From positions 75,890 through 107,889 of the forward strand of contig JAIPHU010000001.1 in the NCBI GenBank assembly GCA_021735045.1: a stretch of 32,000 nucleotides of DNA. The letters are read 5' to 3'. Shown one piece after another: positions 7,593 to 15,959 of the stretch; the first letter of the stretch is position 1, and each line of letters begins with the position of its first letter. The position numbers were made by a program, and so were the translations under genes. Source of the stretch: Candidatus Omnitrophota bacterium. Lineage in GTDB: Bacteria; Omnitrophota; Gorgyraeia; Duberdicusellales; 4484-171. The notes under the pieces are model-generated. The model did not search any database and was not told the DNA's origin. It worked only from the letters and a program-made list of their open reading frames with translations.

Positions 7593-8774
7593 ATGACAAA
7601 AACGCGTAAAGGACCAATTATATTTAGTAAAAGCAAGCCTTTTTCTGGATTAAAGAATGCGATAGATATAGGCAGAAGTGAAGTTTTAGATTATGTACGT
7701 AAATCTAATATTAAAGGTAGGGGCGGAGCAGGTTTTCCCACTGGTGTTAAATGGAATCTTACCGCTACTGCTTCTGATAAGAAAAAATATGTTATTTGTA
7801 ATGCCGATGAGGGTGAACCAGGAACTTTTAAAGATAGAGTCCTTTTAGATGAATATGCAAAACTTGTTTTTGAGGGAATGGTTATTTGTGCGTTTGCTGT
7901 AGGTGCTGATGAAGGCATCTTGTATCTACGCGGTGAATATATATCATTTCTTCCTGAGCTGGAAAAAACCTTAAATCAGATGAGAAAGAATAATTTATTA
8001 GGTAAAAATATTTTAGGCAAAAAAGGCTTTAATTTCGATATAAAGATAAGATTAGGTGTCGGGGCCTATGTTTGCGGTGAAGAAACTTCTCTTATTGAAT
8101 CATTAGAAGGATATAGAGGTGAACCCCGCAACAAACCTCCTTTCCCTACCAATACTGGATTTGCAGGTCATCCTACAGTTATAAATAATGTTGAAACTTT
8201 TGCAGCAATAGCTCATATAATTTTAAAAGGGCCAGATTGGTTTAGATCTATTGGAACTGAAAAATCTTCTGGGTCTAAACTAATAAGTGTATCTGGTGAT
8301 TGTAAAAAACCAGGTGTTTATGAAATTCCTTTTGGAACCACTATTAAAAAAATTTTAAAACTAACAGAAGCTAAAGACACTAAAGCTGTTGAAGTAGGGG
8401 GTGCATCAGGAGTTTGTGTGGCTAAATCAGAATTTGGCAGAAAGATTGCTTACGAAGATTTATCTACTGGTGGTTCTATTATAATTTTTAGCAAAAAAAG
8501 GGATTTATTGGAGGTAGCTAAAAATTTTCTTGATTTTTTTGCTGAAGAATCTTGCGGCCAATGCACACCTTGCCGAGAAGGTATTCCGGTGTTACAAGAA
8601 AAATTAGATAAATTACAACAAAAAAAAGCAACAAAGGGTGACCTTGAAGATATTTTTTCTTTAGCTGAGACTATGTACTTAGCTTCAAAGTGTGGCTTAG
8701 GCCAAACTGCTGCTTCAGCTTTTGTTTCGATATTAAGTAATTTTAAAAAAGATTATGTTTTGGTTAAATCATAA
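7593..8774 (+). CDS. NuoF-like FMN/NADH-binding subunit (module 1), core only
   Basis: GRGGAGFPTGVKW, CNADEGEPGTFKDR, GAYVCGEETSLIESLEG, ESCGQCTPCREG...KCGLGQTA (complete CxxCxxC...C). 393 aa. It lacks the N-terminal [2Fe-2S] and C-terminal 2x[4Fe-4S] domains seen in the second copy. Confidence 0.85.
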   Translation: MTKTRKGPIIFSKSKPFSGLKNAIDIGRSEVLDYVRKSNIKGRGGAGFPTGVKWNLTATASDKKKYVICNADEGEPGTFKDRVLLDEYAKLVFEGMVICAFAVGADEGILYLRGEYISFLPELEKTLNQMRKNNLLGKNILGKKGFNFDIKIRLGVGAYVCGEETSLIESLEGYRGEPRNKPPFPTNTGFAGHPTVINNVETFAAIAHIILKGPDWFRSIGTEKSSGSKLISVSGDCKKPGVYEIPFGTTIKKILKLTEAKDTKAVEVGGASGVCVAKSEFGRKIAYEDLSTGGSIIIFSKKRDLLEVAKNFLDFFAEESCGQCTPCREGIPVLQEKLDKLQQKKATKGDLEDIFSLAETMYLASKCGLGQTAASAFVSILSNFKKDYVLVKS

Positions 8775-8789
8775 GGAGGAATCTTATTT

Positions 8790-10706
8790 ATGGCTAAAGA
8801 ACCTTTTACAAAACCTACTTCGCGTGCTCCGGTAAGTCAAAGGTCGCAAACTGTAGGTAAAATTAACAAAAAAGCTTTAGGGGGAAAAGTAACTGCAGTA
8901 ATTGATGGTATTGAAATTAAAGTTCCTATGGGAACAACTATTTTAGAAGCAGCTAAAAAAATAGGTATAAAAATACCGACTCTTTGCCATCATGAGGATT
9001 TATGTTTAGCTGGGGTATGCCGTGTTTGCTTGGTTGAAGTGGAGGGGCAAAAAACCTTACAGGCATCTTGTTCTTATCCGATTATTCATAATGTAGTAGT
9101 TAAAACTTATTCATCACGGGTAAGGCGAGCTAGAAAAAATATTATTCATCTTCTTTTACGCAATCATTATGGTGAATGTTATTCTTGTGAAAAAAATAAT
9201 AATTGTGAACTGCAAGATTTAGCAGAAGAATATGGTGTTACCGAATATAAGTTTGGCCATATTCAGGAGAGGCGTTTTCAGCCTGATCTTTCGAGTTCTG
9301 CTATAACTAAAGATAATGATAAATGTATAAATTGTAAAAGATGTATCAGGACTTGCATTGATTTGCAAGAAGTTGGAGTTTATGAATCAGTTAATCGCGG
9401 GCCAGAAACAAAAGTTTCGACTTATTTAAATAAGCCTTATTCAGATGTAATTTGTATAAATTGCGGACAATGCGTAAATAGATGCCCTACAGGAGCCCTA
9501 AAGGAGAAAAATGATGTTGCAGGTGTATGGAAAGCTATAGATAATCCTAATAAGCATGTTGTGATTCAAACTGCACCAGCACCACGGGCAGCAATTGGAG
9601 AAGAGTTTGGTCTGGCTCCAGGCACCTCAGTTACCAAACAGTTAAATACAGCTATAAAAAGAGTTGGGTTCGATAAGGTTTTTGATACTAACTCGTCAGC
9701 AGATTTAACTATTATGGAAGAAGGTACAGAACTATTGCTTAGGCTTAAGAAATATTTAAAAGAGCAGGATAAAAGCGTTAAATTACCTCAGTTTACTTCT
9801 TGTTCGCCGGGTTGGATCAAATATTTAGAAGATTTTTATCCGGATAAAGTAGATTATTTATCAACTTGTAAAAGCCCCCAACAGATGTTTGGGGCATTAA
9901 TCAAGACATATTATGCAAAAAAAGCAAAAATTGATCCTAAAAACATTGTTAGTGTATCATTGATGCCGTGTGTTGCTAAAAAATATGAAGCTAAAAGACC
10001 AGAGATGAATGATTCAGGTTATCAGGATGTTGATTATGTTTTAACCACCAGAGAACTTGCGAGCATGGTCAAGGAATGCGGATTAGATTTACCTCGGTTA
10101 CCGGAATCTGACTTTGATAAGCCTCTAGCTATAGGAAGCGGTGCAGGATTAATTTTTGGTGCAACCGGTGGTGTTATGGAAGCAGCTTTACGAACTGCTT
10201 ATGAATTAGTTACCGGTGATGAAGCTCCTTTTAAAAAATTAAGAGTTACTCCAGTAAGAGGTATGGAAGGTATCCGTGATGCTCAAATTCCGATAAAAAA
10301 AGCTAAAAAAGAGTGGAAATTTCTTGAGGGTGCCAGCTTAAAGGTTATGGTTGCTCATGGTACAGCTAATGCTAAAAAAGTAATGGAGATGCTTGAGTTG
10401 GGTAAGTTAGATGATTATCATTTTGTTGAAATTATGGCTTGCCCGGGTGGCTGTTTAGGTGGAGGGGGTCAACCTATCCCTACTACCGACGCAATAAGGA
10501 AACAACGGGCAAAAGCAATATATGCTGAGGACGAACAACTCACTATTAGAAAATCTCATCAGAATCCTGTAGTGGAGACTCTTTATAAAGAGTTTTTAAC
10601 TGATGGGCCATGTGGGCACAAGAGCCACAAATTTTTACATACTCATTATTCTCCGGGTAGTAGTTGGATAGGTAAAAAACCGAGAGTAAAAGTTAGGAAA
10701 AAATAA
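8790..10706 (+). CDS. [FeFe]-hydrogenase HydA-like large subunit (module 1, M3 architecture) with variant L1 motif TSCSPGW
   Basis: N-terminal [2Fe-2S] fold (LCHHEDLCLAGVCRVC), HYGECYSCEKNNNCELQ, two 4Fe-4S motifs (CINCKRCIRTC, CINCGQCVNRCP), L2 MPCVAKKYE, L3 EIMACPGGCLGGGGQP. L1 reads FTSCSPGW instead of TSCCPxW. Confidence 0.85.
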   Translation: MAKEPFTKPTSRAPVSQRSQTVGKINKKALGGKVTAVIDGIEIKVPMGTTILEAAKKIGIKIPTLCHHEDLCLAGVCRVCLVEVEGQKTLQASCSYPIIHNVVVKTYSSRVRRARKNIIHLLLRNHYGECYSCEKNNNCELQDLAEEYGVTEYKFGHIQERRFQPDLSSSAITKDNDKCINCKRCIRTCIDLQEVGVYESVNRGPETKVSTYLNKPYSDVICINCGQCVNRCPTGALKEKNDVAGVWKAIDNPNKHVVIQTAPAPRAAIGEEFGLAPGTSVTKQLNTAIKRVGFDKVFDTNSSADLTIMEEGTELLLRLKKYLKEQDKSVKLPQFTSCSPGWIKYLEDFYPDKVDYLSTCKSPQQMFGALIKTYYAKKAKIDPKNIVSVSLMPCVAKKYEAKRPEMNDSGYQDVDYVLTTRELASMVKECGLDLPRLPESDFDKPLAIGSGAGLIFGATGGVMEAALRTAYELVTGDEAPFKKLRVTPVRGMEGIRDAQIPIKKAKKEWKFLEGASLKVMVAHGTANAKKVMEMLELGKLDDYHFVEIMACPGGCLGGGGQPIPTTDAIRKQRAKAIYAEDEQLTIRKSHQNPVVETLYKEFLTDGPCGHKSHKFLHTHYSPGSSWIGKKPRVKVRKK

Positions 10707-10707
10707 C

Positions 10708-11457
10708 GTGAATAGTAAAAAATATAAGAAAAAAGATAAGTTAGATATTTCTAATCAAGAACTTGAGTCTTCTGATAAACAGTATCTTGATTTAGTTGGT
10801 TTTGTCTCGCATGAGCTAAAAGGAATTCTTTCTTCGGTTGTTTTAAATACCTATAATTTGCAAAATGGCCTATTGGGAGATCTAAATCCAGCTCAGAAAA
10901 AAACATTAAAATCTATAAGTAGAAATTTAGATTATTTAACTACAACTGTTCGTAATTTTTTGAATTTTAGCCGGATTGAAAAACAAGAGTTATCTTTGAA
11001 TAAATTTCGTTGTCTATTCAAAGAAGATATAGTTGATGTTTCCATTGATTCATATTCACAAGCAGCTGCAGATAAAGATATAAAAATTATAAATAAAGCA
11101 ATCTCTTCGCTAGAGGTAGAAGTAGATTCAGGATTGTTACAGATAGCATTAAATAATCTTTTATCTAATGCGATAAAATATGGCAAAGAAGGCCGGGAGG
11201 TTGTAATTTCAACTGAATTAGATAACAATAAAGTTATAGTTGAAATATATAATCAGGGTGAATCTATAGATAAGACTGATATTGATAAGTTATTTAAAAA
11301 GTTTAGCCGTCTGCATTATCGCGGTACCGAAAAGATAAAAGGAACCGGAATTGGCCTTTATATTACCAAAGAGATTATCAACCAGCATCATGGAAATATC
11401 TGGGTTGAACCAAAGCCAGAAGGAAATAGTTTTAAGTTCAGTTTAGAGGTGGTATAA
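10708..11457 (+). CDS. Soluble histidine kinase consisting only of DHp (HisKA) and HATPase_c domains
   Basis: H-box FVSHELKGIL (His35), N-box LLSNAIKYG, G2 GTGIGLYITKEII. No TM segment or sensor domain. GTG start 1 nt after the hydA1 stop. Confidence 0.8.
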   Translation: MNSKKYKKKDKLDISNQELESSDKQYLDLVGFVSHELKGILSSVVLNTYNLQNGLLGDLNPAQKKTLKSISRNLDYLTTTVRNFLNFSRIEKQELSLNKFRCLFKEDIVDVSIDSYSQAAADKDIKIINKAISSLEVEVDSGLLQIALNNLLSNAIKYGKEGREVVISTELDNNKVIVEIYNQGESIDKTDIDKLFKKFSRLHYRGTEKIKGTGIGLYITKEIINQHHGNIWVEPKPEGNSFKFSLEVV

Positions 11458-11482
11458 TAACGGCTCGAAAATTTTAAAAAAA

Positions 11483-12352
11483 ATGAAAAATAAAATCTTA
11501 ATTATTGATGATGATGCTGATTTTGTAGAAGCAATCTCTTTACTATTGGAAGCAAACGGTTATAAAACATTGCAAGCTTATAATGGTAAAGAAGGTTTTG
11601 CTCAAGCAAAAGAGCAGGTGCCTGATTTGATAATGTTGGATATGAAGATGGCATATCAAACTGAAGGTGCTGAAACTGCTAAAGCAATGTCAAAAGATGC
11701 AGAAATAAAGGATATCCCAGTCATTTTAGCAACTGGAATCGGTAAAGAGTTGACTAAAAAGTTAAAAGAGATCCTTAGGAATGAAGCAATGTCAGTTAAA
11801 ACTGTTATTGAAAAGCCAATAGAAGCAAAAGAGCTTCTTAAAATAATAAAGAATTATATAGGTGAAAGTGGCGGCAAAGAACATAGAGAATTAATCAAAC
11901 AAATTACCAGTTTTGCTAATAAATGGAAAGGCAAGAAAGGTAATTTAGTTATGATTCTTCATGAAATACAAAATTATTATGGTTATGTACCCAGGGGTAT
12001 TTCGTTTCAATTATCTCGGTTATTAGGTATTCCTTTAGCAAGAATTTATGAAGTTATAACCTTTTATAATTTTTTCAAGCTTTCGCCTCCTGGCAAACAT
12101 GTGATTTCGGTTTGTATGGGGACAGCTTGTTATCTAAAGGGTGCTGCGGAGTTAGTTGATAAGATTAAAAGTCTTCTTAAAATAGAAGAAGGCCAAACTA
12201 CAGAAGACGGTTTGTTTCATCTTCAAGTTGTTAGATGCCTAGGTTGTTGTGGTCTTGCTCCTGTAGTTATGGTTGATCAAAAAATATATTCAAAAGTTGT
12301 GCCAGATAGCATCGAAGGTATTGTTTCTAGATACAGGCAGGATAAAAGTTAA
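11483..12352 (+). CDS. hydC: Receiver domain fused to NuoE/HydC [2Fe-2S] subunit (REC::HydC, module 2)
   Basis: aa 1-~125 form a receiver: DDD9-11, Asp53 (IMLDMKM), Thr84, Lys111. aa ~135-289 form a NuoE-type domain with canonical CMGTAC...CLGCCGLAP. Single uninterrupted 289-aa ORF. Confidence 0.85.
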   Translation: MKNKILIIDDDADFVEAISLLLEANGYKTLQAYNGKEGFAQAKEQVPDLIMLDMKMAYQTEGAETAKAMSKDAEIKDIPVILATGIGKELTKKLKEILRNEAMSVKTVIEKPIEAKELLKIIKNYIGESGGKEHRELIKQITSFANKWKGKKGNLVMILHEIQNYYGYVPRGISFQLSRLLGIPLARIYEVITFYNFFKLSPPGKHVISVCMGTACYLKGAAELVDKIKSLLKIEEGQTTEDGLFHLQVVRCLGCCGLAPVVMVDQKIYSKVVPDSIEGIVSRYRQDKS

Positions 12353-12353
12353 T

Positions 12354-14156
12354 ATGGATAAATTAAATCAAAAAAAAATAGAAGAACTTAGAGAAAAACT
12401 TCAAAAGCAAAGACCGGGTTTTGTTAAGGTTGGAGTAAGTTCTTGTGGAATAGCAGCTGGAGCAAATGATGTATTAGATCGTTTTATAGCTTTAAAAAAG
12501 AAAAATAATTTAGATATTGAAATTAGAAAGTGTGGTTGTGCTGGTATGTGTTATGCAGAGCCATTGGTGGAAGTTTCTTTAGACGGTAGAGATTCTGTAA
12601 CTTATAAAGAAGTTACACCTGAACTAGTAGAAAAAATAGTAAAAAATCATATTATCTCCGGAAAAATCCAAGAGGATTATGTTTATAAAACCGATACTGA
12701 AAAAAAACAGTTTAAGTTAATTCTTTCCAATTGTGGAAAAGTTAACCCAGAAAGTATCAATGATTATATTTCTTTGGGTGGTTACCGAGCTGTAGAAAAA
12801 GTTCTTATTAAAGAAAATAGGCAAGAGGTAATTGATCAGTTGAAAATAAGTGGTTTGAGAGGAAGAGGCGGGGGAGGTTTTCCCACCTGGTTAAAATGGA
12901 ATTTTGCTAAAGGAGTTAACGCAGATAAAAAGTATATAATCTGTAATGGCGACGAGGGTGATCCCGGGGCTTATATGGATAGGAGCCTTCTAGAGGGTAA
13001 TCCTCATGCAATTATTGAGGGGATGATTATTGCTGGTTTTGCTGTAGGGGCAGATGAAGGGTTTTTTTATATTCGAGCCGAATATCCTCTTGCAATTTCT
13101 CGAGTTCAAAAAGCAATTGATGCTGCTATTGATTATGGATTATTGGGAGAAAATATTTTAGATACTGGGTTTAACTTTAATTTACAAATTCGTCTTGGTG
13201 CCGGTGCGTTTGTTTGTGGAGAAGAAACTGCTTTAATTGCATCTATTGAAGGTAAGCGTGGCTATCCTTCTCCGCGTCCTCCCTATCCTTCTGTAAAAGG
13301 CCTTTGGTCGAAACCAACGGTGATCAACAACGTTGAAACTTTAGCTAATATTCCAATTATATTTGATAAAGGAGGAGATTGGTTTTCAAAAATTGGAAGT
13401 CAAAACTCTAAAGGTACCAAGGTATTTGCTCTCACCGGGAAAGTTAAAAATTCTGGTTTAGTTGAAGTTCCGATGGGCACGACTTTAGGTGAAATTGTTT
13501 ATGGTATTGGTGGCGGTGTATCTGGCGGCAAAGTGAAGGCGATTCAGACTGGTGGGCCTTCCGGAGGAGTTATTCCTAAAGAATACTTTGATACTCCTGT
13601 AAATTATGAAAGTTTGCAAAAATTAGGTTCCATAATGGGTTCCGGCGGAATGATTGTTATGGATGAAAAGGATTGTATGGTTGATATCGCTAAATTTTAT
13701 ATGAAATTTTGTGTAGAAGAGGCTTGTGGTAAATGTTCTCCTGGCCGCATTGGAACTTATCAGATGTTACAATATCTTAAAAAGATATCCAAGGGTAAAG
13801 CAAACATGAATGATTTACAGTTATTAGAGGATATTGCTTATGCGGTTCAAAGGACCGCTTTGTGTGGGTTAGGCCAAACTGCACCTAATCCCGTAGTATC
13901 AACTTTAAAGTATTTTCGCGATGAATATATTGCGCATATTAAAGAACAAAGATGTCCAGCGGGAAAATGTAAAGATTTAGCAAAATATAAGATAGTTGAA
14001 GACAAGTGTAAAAAATGTGGTGCTTGTATTAAAGTTTGTCCAGTAGAGGCGATTTCAGGAGATAAAGATAAGGGCTACAAGATAGATCAAAAAAAGTGTA
14101 TCCAGTGTGGTAAATGTTTCCAAGTTTGTAGTTTTGATGCAATAAAAAAAGGTTAA
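12354..14156 (+). CDS. hydB: HydB (NuoF-like NADH/FMN subunit with N-terminal [2Fe-2S] and C-terminal 2x[4Fe-4S] domains), module 2
   Basis: Start at ATG 12354, 1 nt after the previous stop. SSCG...KCGCAGMC; GRGGGGFPTWLKW; CNGDEGDPGAYMDR; CKKCGACIKVCP; CIQCGKCFQVCS. The N3 motif reads ACGKCSPGRIG (third Cys is Gly). Confidence 0.85.
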   Translation: MDKLNQKKIEELREKLQKQRPGFVKVGVSSCGIAAGANDVLDRFIALKKKNNLDIEIRKCGCAGMCYAEPLVEVSLDGRDSVTYKEVTPELVEKIVKNHIISGKIQEDYVYKTDTEKKQFKLILSNCGKVNPESINDYISLGGYRAVEKVLIKENRQEVIDQLKISGLRGRGGGGFPTWLKWNFAKGVNADKKYIICNGDEGDPGAYMDRSLLEGNPHAIIEGMIIAGFAVGADEGFFYIRAEYPLAISRVQKAIDAAIDYGLLGENILDTGFNFNLQIRLGAGAFVCGEETALIASIEGKRGYPSPRPPYPSVKGLWSKPTVINNVETLANIPIIFDKGGDWFSKIGSQNSKGTKVFALTGKVKNSGLVEVPMGTTLGEIVYGIGGGVSGGKVKAIQTGGPSGGVIPKEYFDTPVNYESLQKLGSIMGSGGMIVMDEKDCMVDIAKFYMKFCVEEACGKCSPGRIGTYQMLQYLKKISKGKANMNDLQLLEDIAYAVQRTALCGLGQTAPNPVVSTLKYFRDEYIAHIKEQRCPAGKCKDLAKYKIVEDKCKKCGACIKVCPVEAISGDKDKGYKIDQKKCIQCGKCFQVCSFDAIKKG

Positions 14157-14158
14157 TT

Positions 14159-15904
14159 ATGCCCAAAGCAATAATAAATAACAAAGAAGTCATAGTTGAG
14201 GAAGGTACAACAATTCTTGATGCTGCCAAAAAGATAAATATAGATATTCCTACTTTGTGTAAGCATCCTGACTTAGATGCCAGTGCTGCTTGCGGTATTT
14301 GCGTAGTTAAGGTCAAAGGGTCAAAAAAGATGCTTCGGGCTTGCTGTACTGCGTTAGAAGAAGGTATGAATATAATCACTCATGACAATGAACTTCAGAA
14401 GATAAGAAGGACGGTTATCGAATTAATTTTATCAAATCATCCTAATGATTGCCTTCAATGTGCGCGCAACAATAACTGTGAGCTACAAAAACTAGCTGCT
14501 GATTTTGGAATAAGGGAATTTCCTTTTCCTCAATTTTTAAGAGATGTCCCTGAAGATGAATCTACTAAAACCATTGATCTTGTTCCTTCAAAGTGTATTC
14601 TTTGTGGCAGGTGTGTACAGGTGTGCCAGGATTTACAAGATGTTTGGGCACTTTCTTTTATTGAAAGAGGACACAAAACTAGGATTTCTGCTGCCGGAGA
14701 TATTAATTTGTCAGAAAGTCCTTGTATTCGTTGTGGGCAGTGTTCGGCCCATTGTCCTACCGGTGCTATTGCCGAGCATGATCAAACCGAAGATGTTTGG
14801 AGGGCTTTATATAACGAGAAAAAATATTGTATGGTTCAAATTGCTCCTGCTGTAAGAGTTGCGATCGGAGAAGCATTTAATCTTCCTATTGGCGCGAATT
14901 TAACTGGGAAAATTTATTCGGCTCTCCGGCGTCTAGGTTTTAATGCAGTATTTGATACTTCTTTTGGCGCAGATGTTACTGTTATGGAGGAAGCTACTGA
15001 GTTTGTGGAACGTTTTGTTCATAAAAAGGGTAAATTACCTTTGATAACTACTTGCTGCCCCTCTTGGGTTGATTTTATGGAAAAATTTTATCCGGATATG
15101 ATTGATAATTTTTCTTCCTCAAAATCTCCTCATGAGATGTTAGGGGTATTAGCAAAAACTTATTTTGCCCAAAAAAATAAAATAGATCCAAAAGATATGT
15201 ATATGGTATCAATCATGCCTTGTACATCCAAAAAATATGAAATAAGCCGCAGCAATCAAATGTATGCCTCAGGATATCAAGATGTTGATACATCATTAAC
15301 TACTCGTGAATTAGCAAGAATGATAAAACAGGCCGGAATTGATTTTGCTAATTTAGAAGAAGAGAAGGCTGATAATATTTTAGGTGATTATACCGGGGCG
15401 GGAGTAATTTTTGGCGCAACCGGTGGGGTTATGGAAGCAGCTTTACGAACTGCTTATTTTTTAATTACTGGTAAAAACTTTAAAGAGGTAAAATATAATG
15501 ATGTGCGTGGCCTTGAGGGTGTAAAAGAAACAGTTGTAAATATTGCGGGAGAAAAAGTGAGGATAGCTATAGCTCATGGTATGGGAAATGTTGAAGCTGT
15601 TTTAAATAAAATCCGTCAAGCTTTGGCTGAAGGCAAAAAGCCTCCTTATGATTTTATTGAAGTTATGGCTTGTCCGGGTGGCTGTATCGGTGGGGGCGGC
15701 CAACCTTATGGAGTTACGGATCAGCTTCGTATTGCCAGGGCATCTGGCCTGTATAGTGATGATGATAAAAAAGAGATTCATTTTTCTCATGATAATCCAT
15801 ACATAAAACAATTATATGATAGCTTTTTAGGTAAACCGTCAGGAGAAAAAGCTAAAAAATTATTGCATACGCGCTATGTGCCGCGTCCGCTTTACAAAAA
15901 ATAG
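14159..15904 (+). CDS. hydA: [FeFe]-hydrogenase catalytic subunit HydA (M3 type, canonical H-cluster motifs), module 2
   Basis: L1 TTCCPSW, L2 MPCTSKKYE, L3 EVMACPGGCIGGGGQP. N-terminal [2Fe-2S], HPNDCLQCARNNNCELQ, CILCGRCVQVC, CIRCGQCSAHCP. Confidence 0.9.
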   Translation: MPKAIINNKEVIVEEGTTILDAAKKINIDIPTLCKHPDLDASAACGICVVKVKGSKKMLRACCTALEEGMNIITHDNELQKIRRTVIELILSNHPNDCLQCARNNNCELQKLAADFGIREFPFPQFLRDVPEDESTKTIDLVPSKCILCGRCVQVCQDLQDVWALSFIERGHKTRISAAGDINLSESPCIRCGQCSAHCPTGAIAEHDQTEDVWRALYNEKKYCMVQIAPAVRVAIGEAFNLPIGANLTGKIYSALRRLGFNAVFDTSFGADVTVMEEATEFVERFVHKKGKLPLITTCCPSWVDFMEKFYPDMIDNFSSSKSPHEMLGVLAKTYFAQKNKIDPKDMYMVSIMPCTSKKYEISRSNQMYASGYQDVDTSLTTRELARMIKQAGIDFANLEEEKADNILGDYTGAGVIFGATGGVMEAALRTAYFLITGKNFKEVKYNDVRGLEGVKETVVNIAGEKVRIAIAHGMGNVEAVLNKIRQALAEGKKPPYDFIEVMACPGGCIGGGGQPYGVTDQLRIARASGLYSDDDKKEIHFSHDNPYIKQLYDSFLGKPSGEKAKKLLHTRYVPRPLYKK

Positions 15905-15959
15905 TTATTTGCCCTAAAGCAAGGATTTTTCTAAAACTAAGGGGTATTGGTGTTAATTT

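Noticed and set aside
8790-10706. HydA1 as a classical group C/D sensory hydrogenase (HydS)
   Set aside because: There is no C-terminal PAS domain. The Met residues of the MPC and MAC motifs and the Glu/Ser proton-path residues are retained. Only the L1 second Cys deviates, so it is described as atypical and not assigned to a known sensory group.
12273-12353. Longer HydB2 start at 12273, overlapping the REC::HydC gene by 80 nt
   Set aside because: ATG 12354 follows the upstream stop by 1 nt. It begins a sensible N-terminus (MDKLNQKK...) ahead of the [2Fe-2S] domain.
14029-14379. Antisense and alternative-frame ORFs inside large genes (e.g. 14029-14379 -, 16229-16603 -, 10932-11228 -, 25537-25830 -, 3710-4054 -, 14544-14855 +)
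   Set aside because: All lie wholly within strongly supported genes. They have low-complexity or hydrophobic junk composition typical of AT-rich antisense frames, and no RBS.
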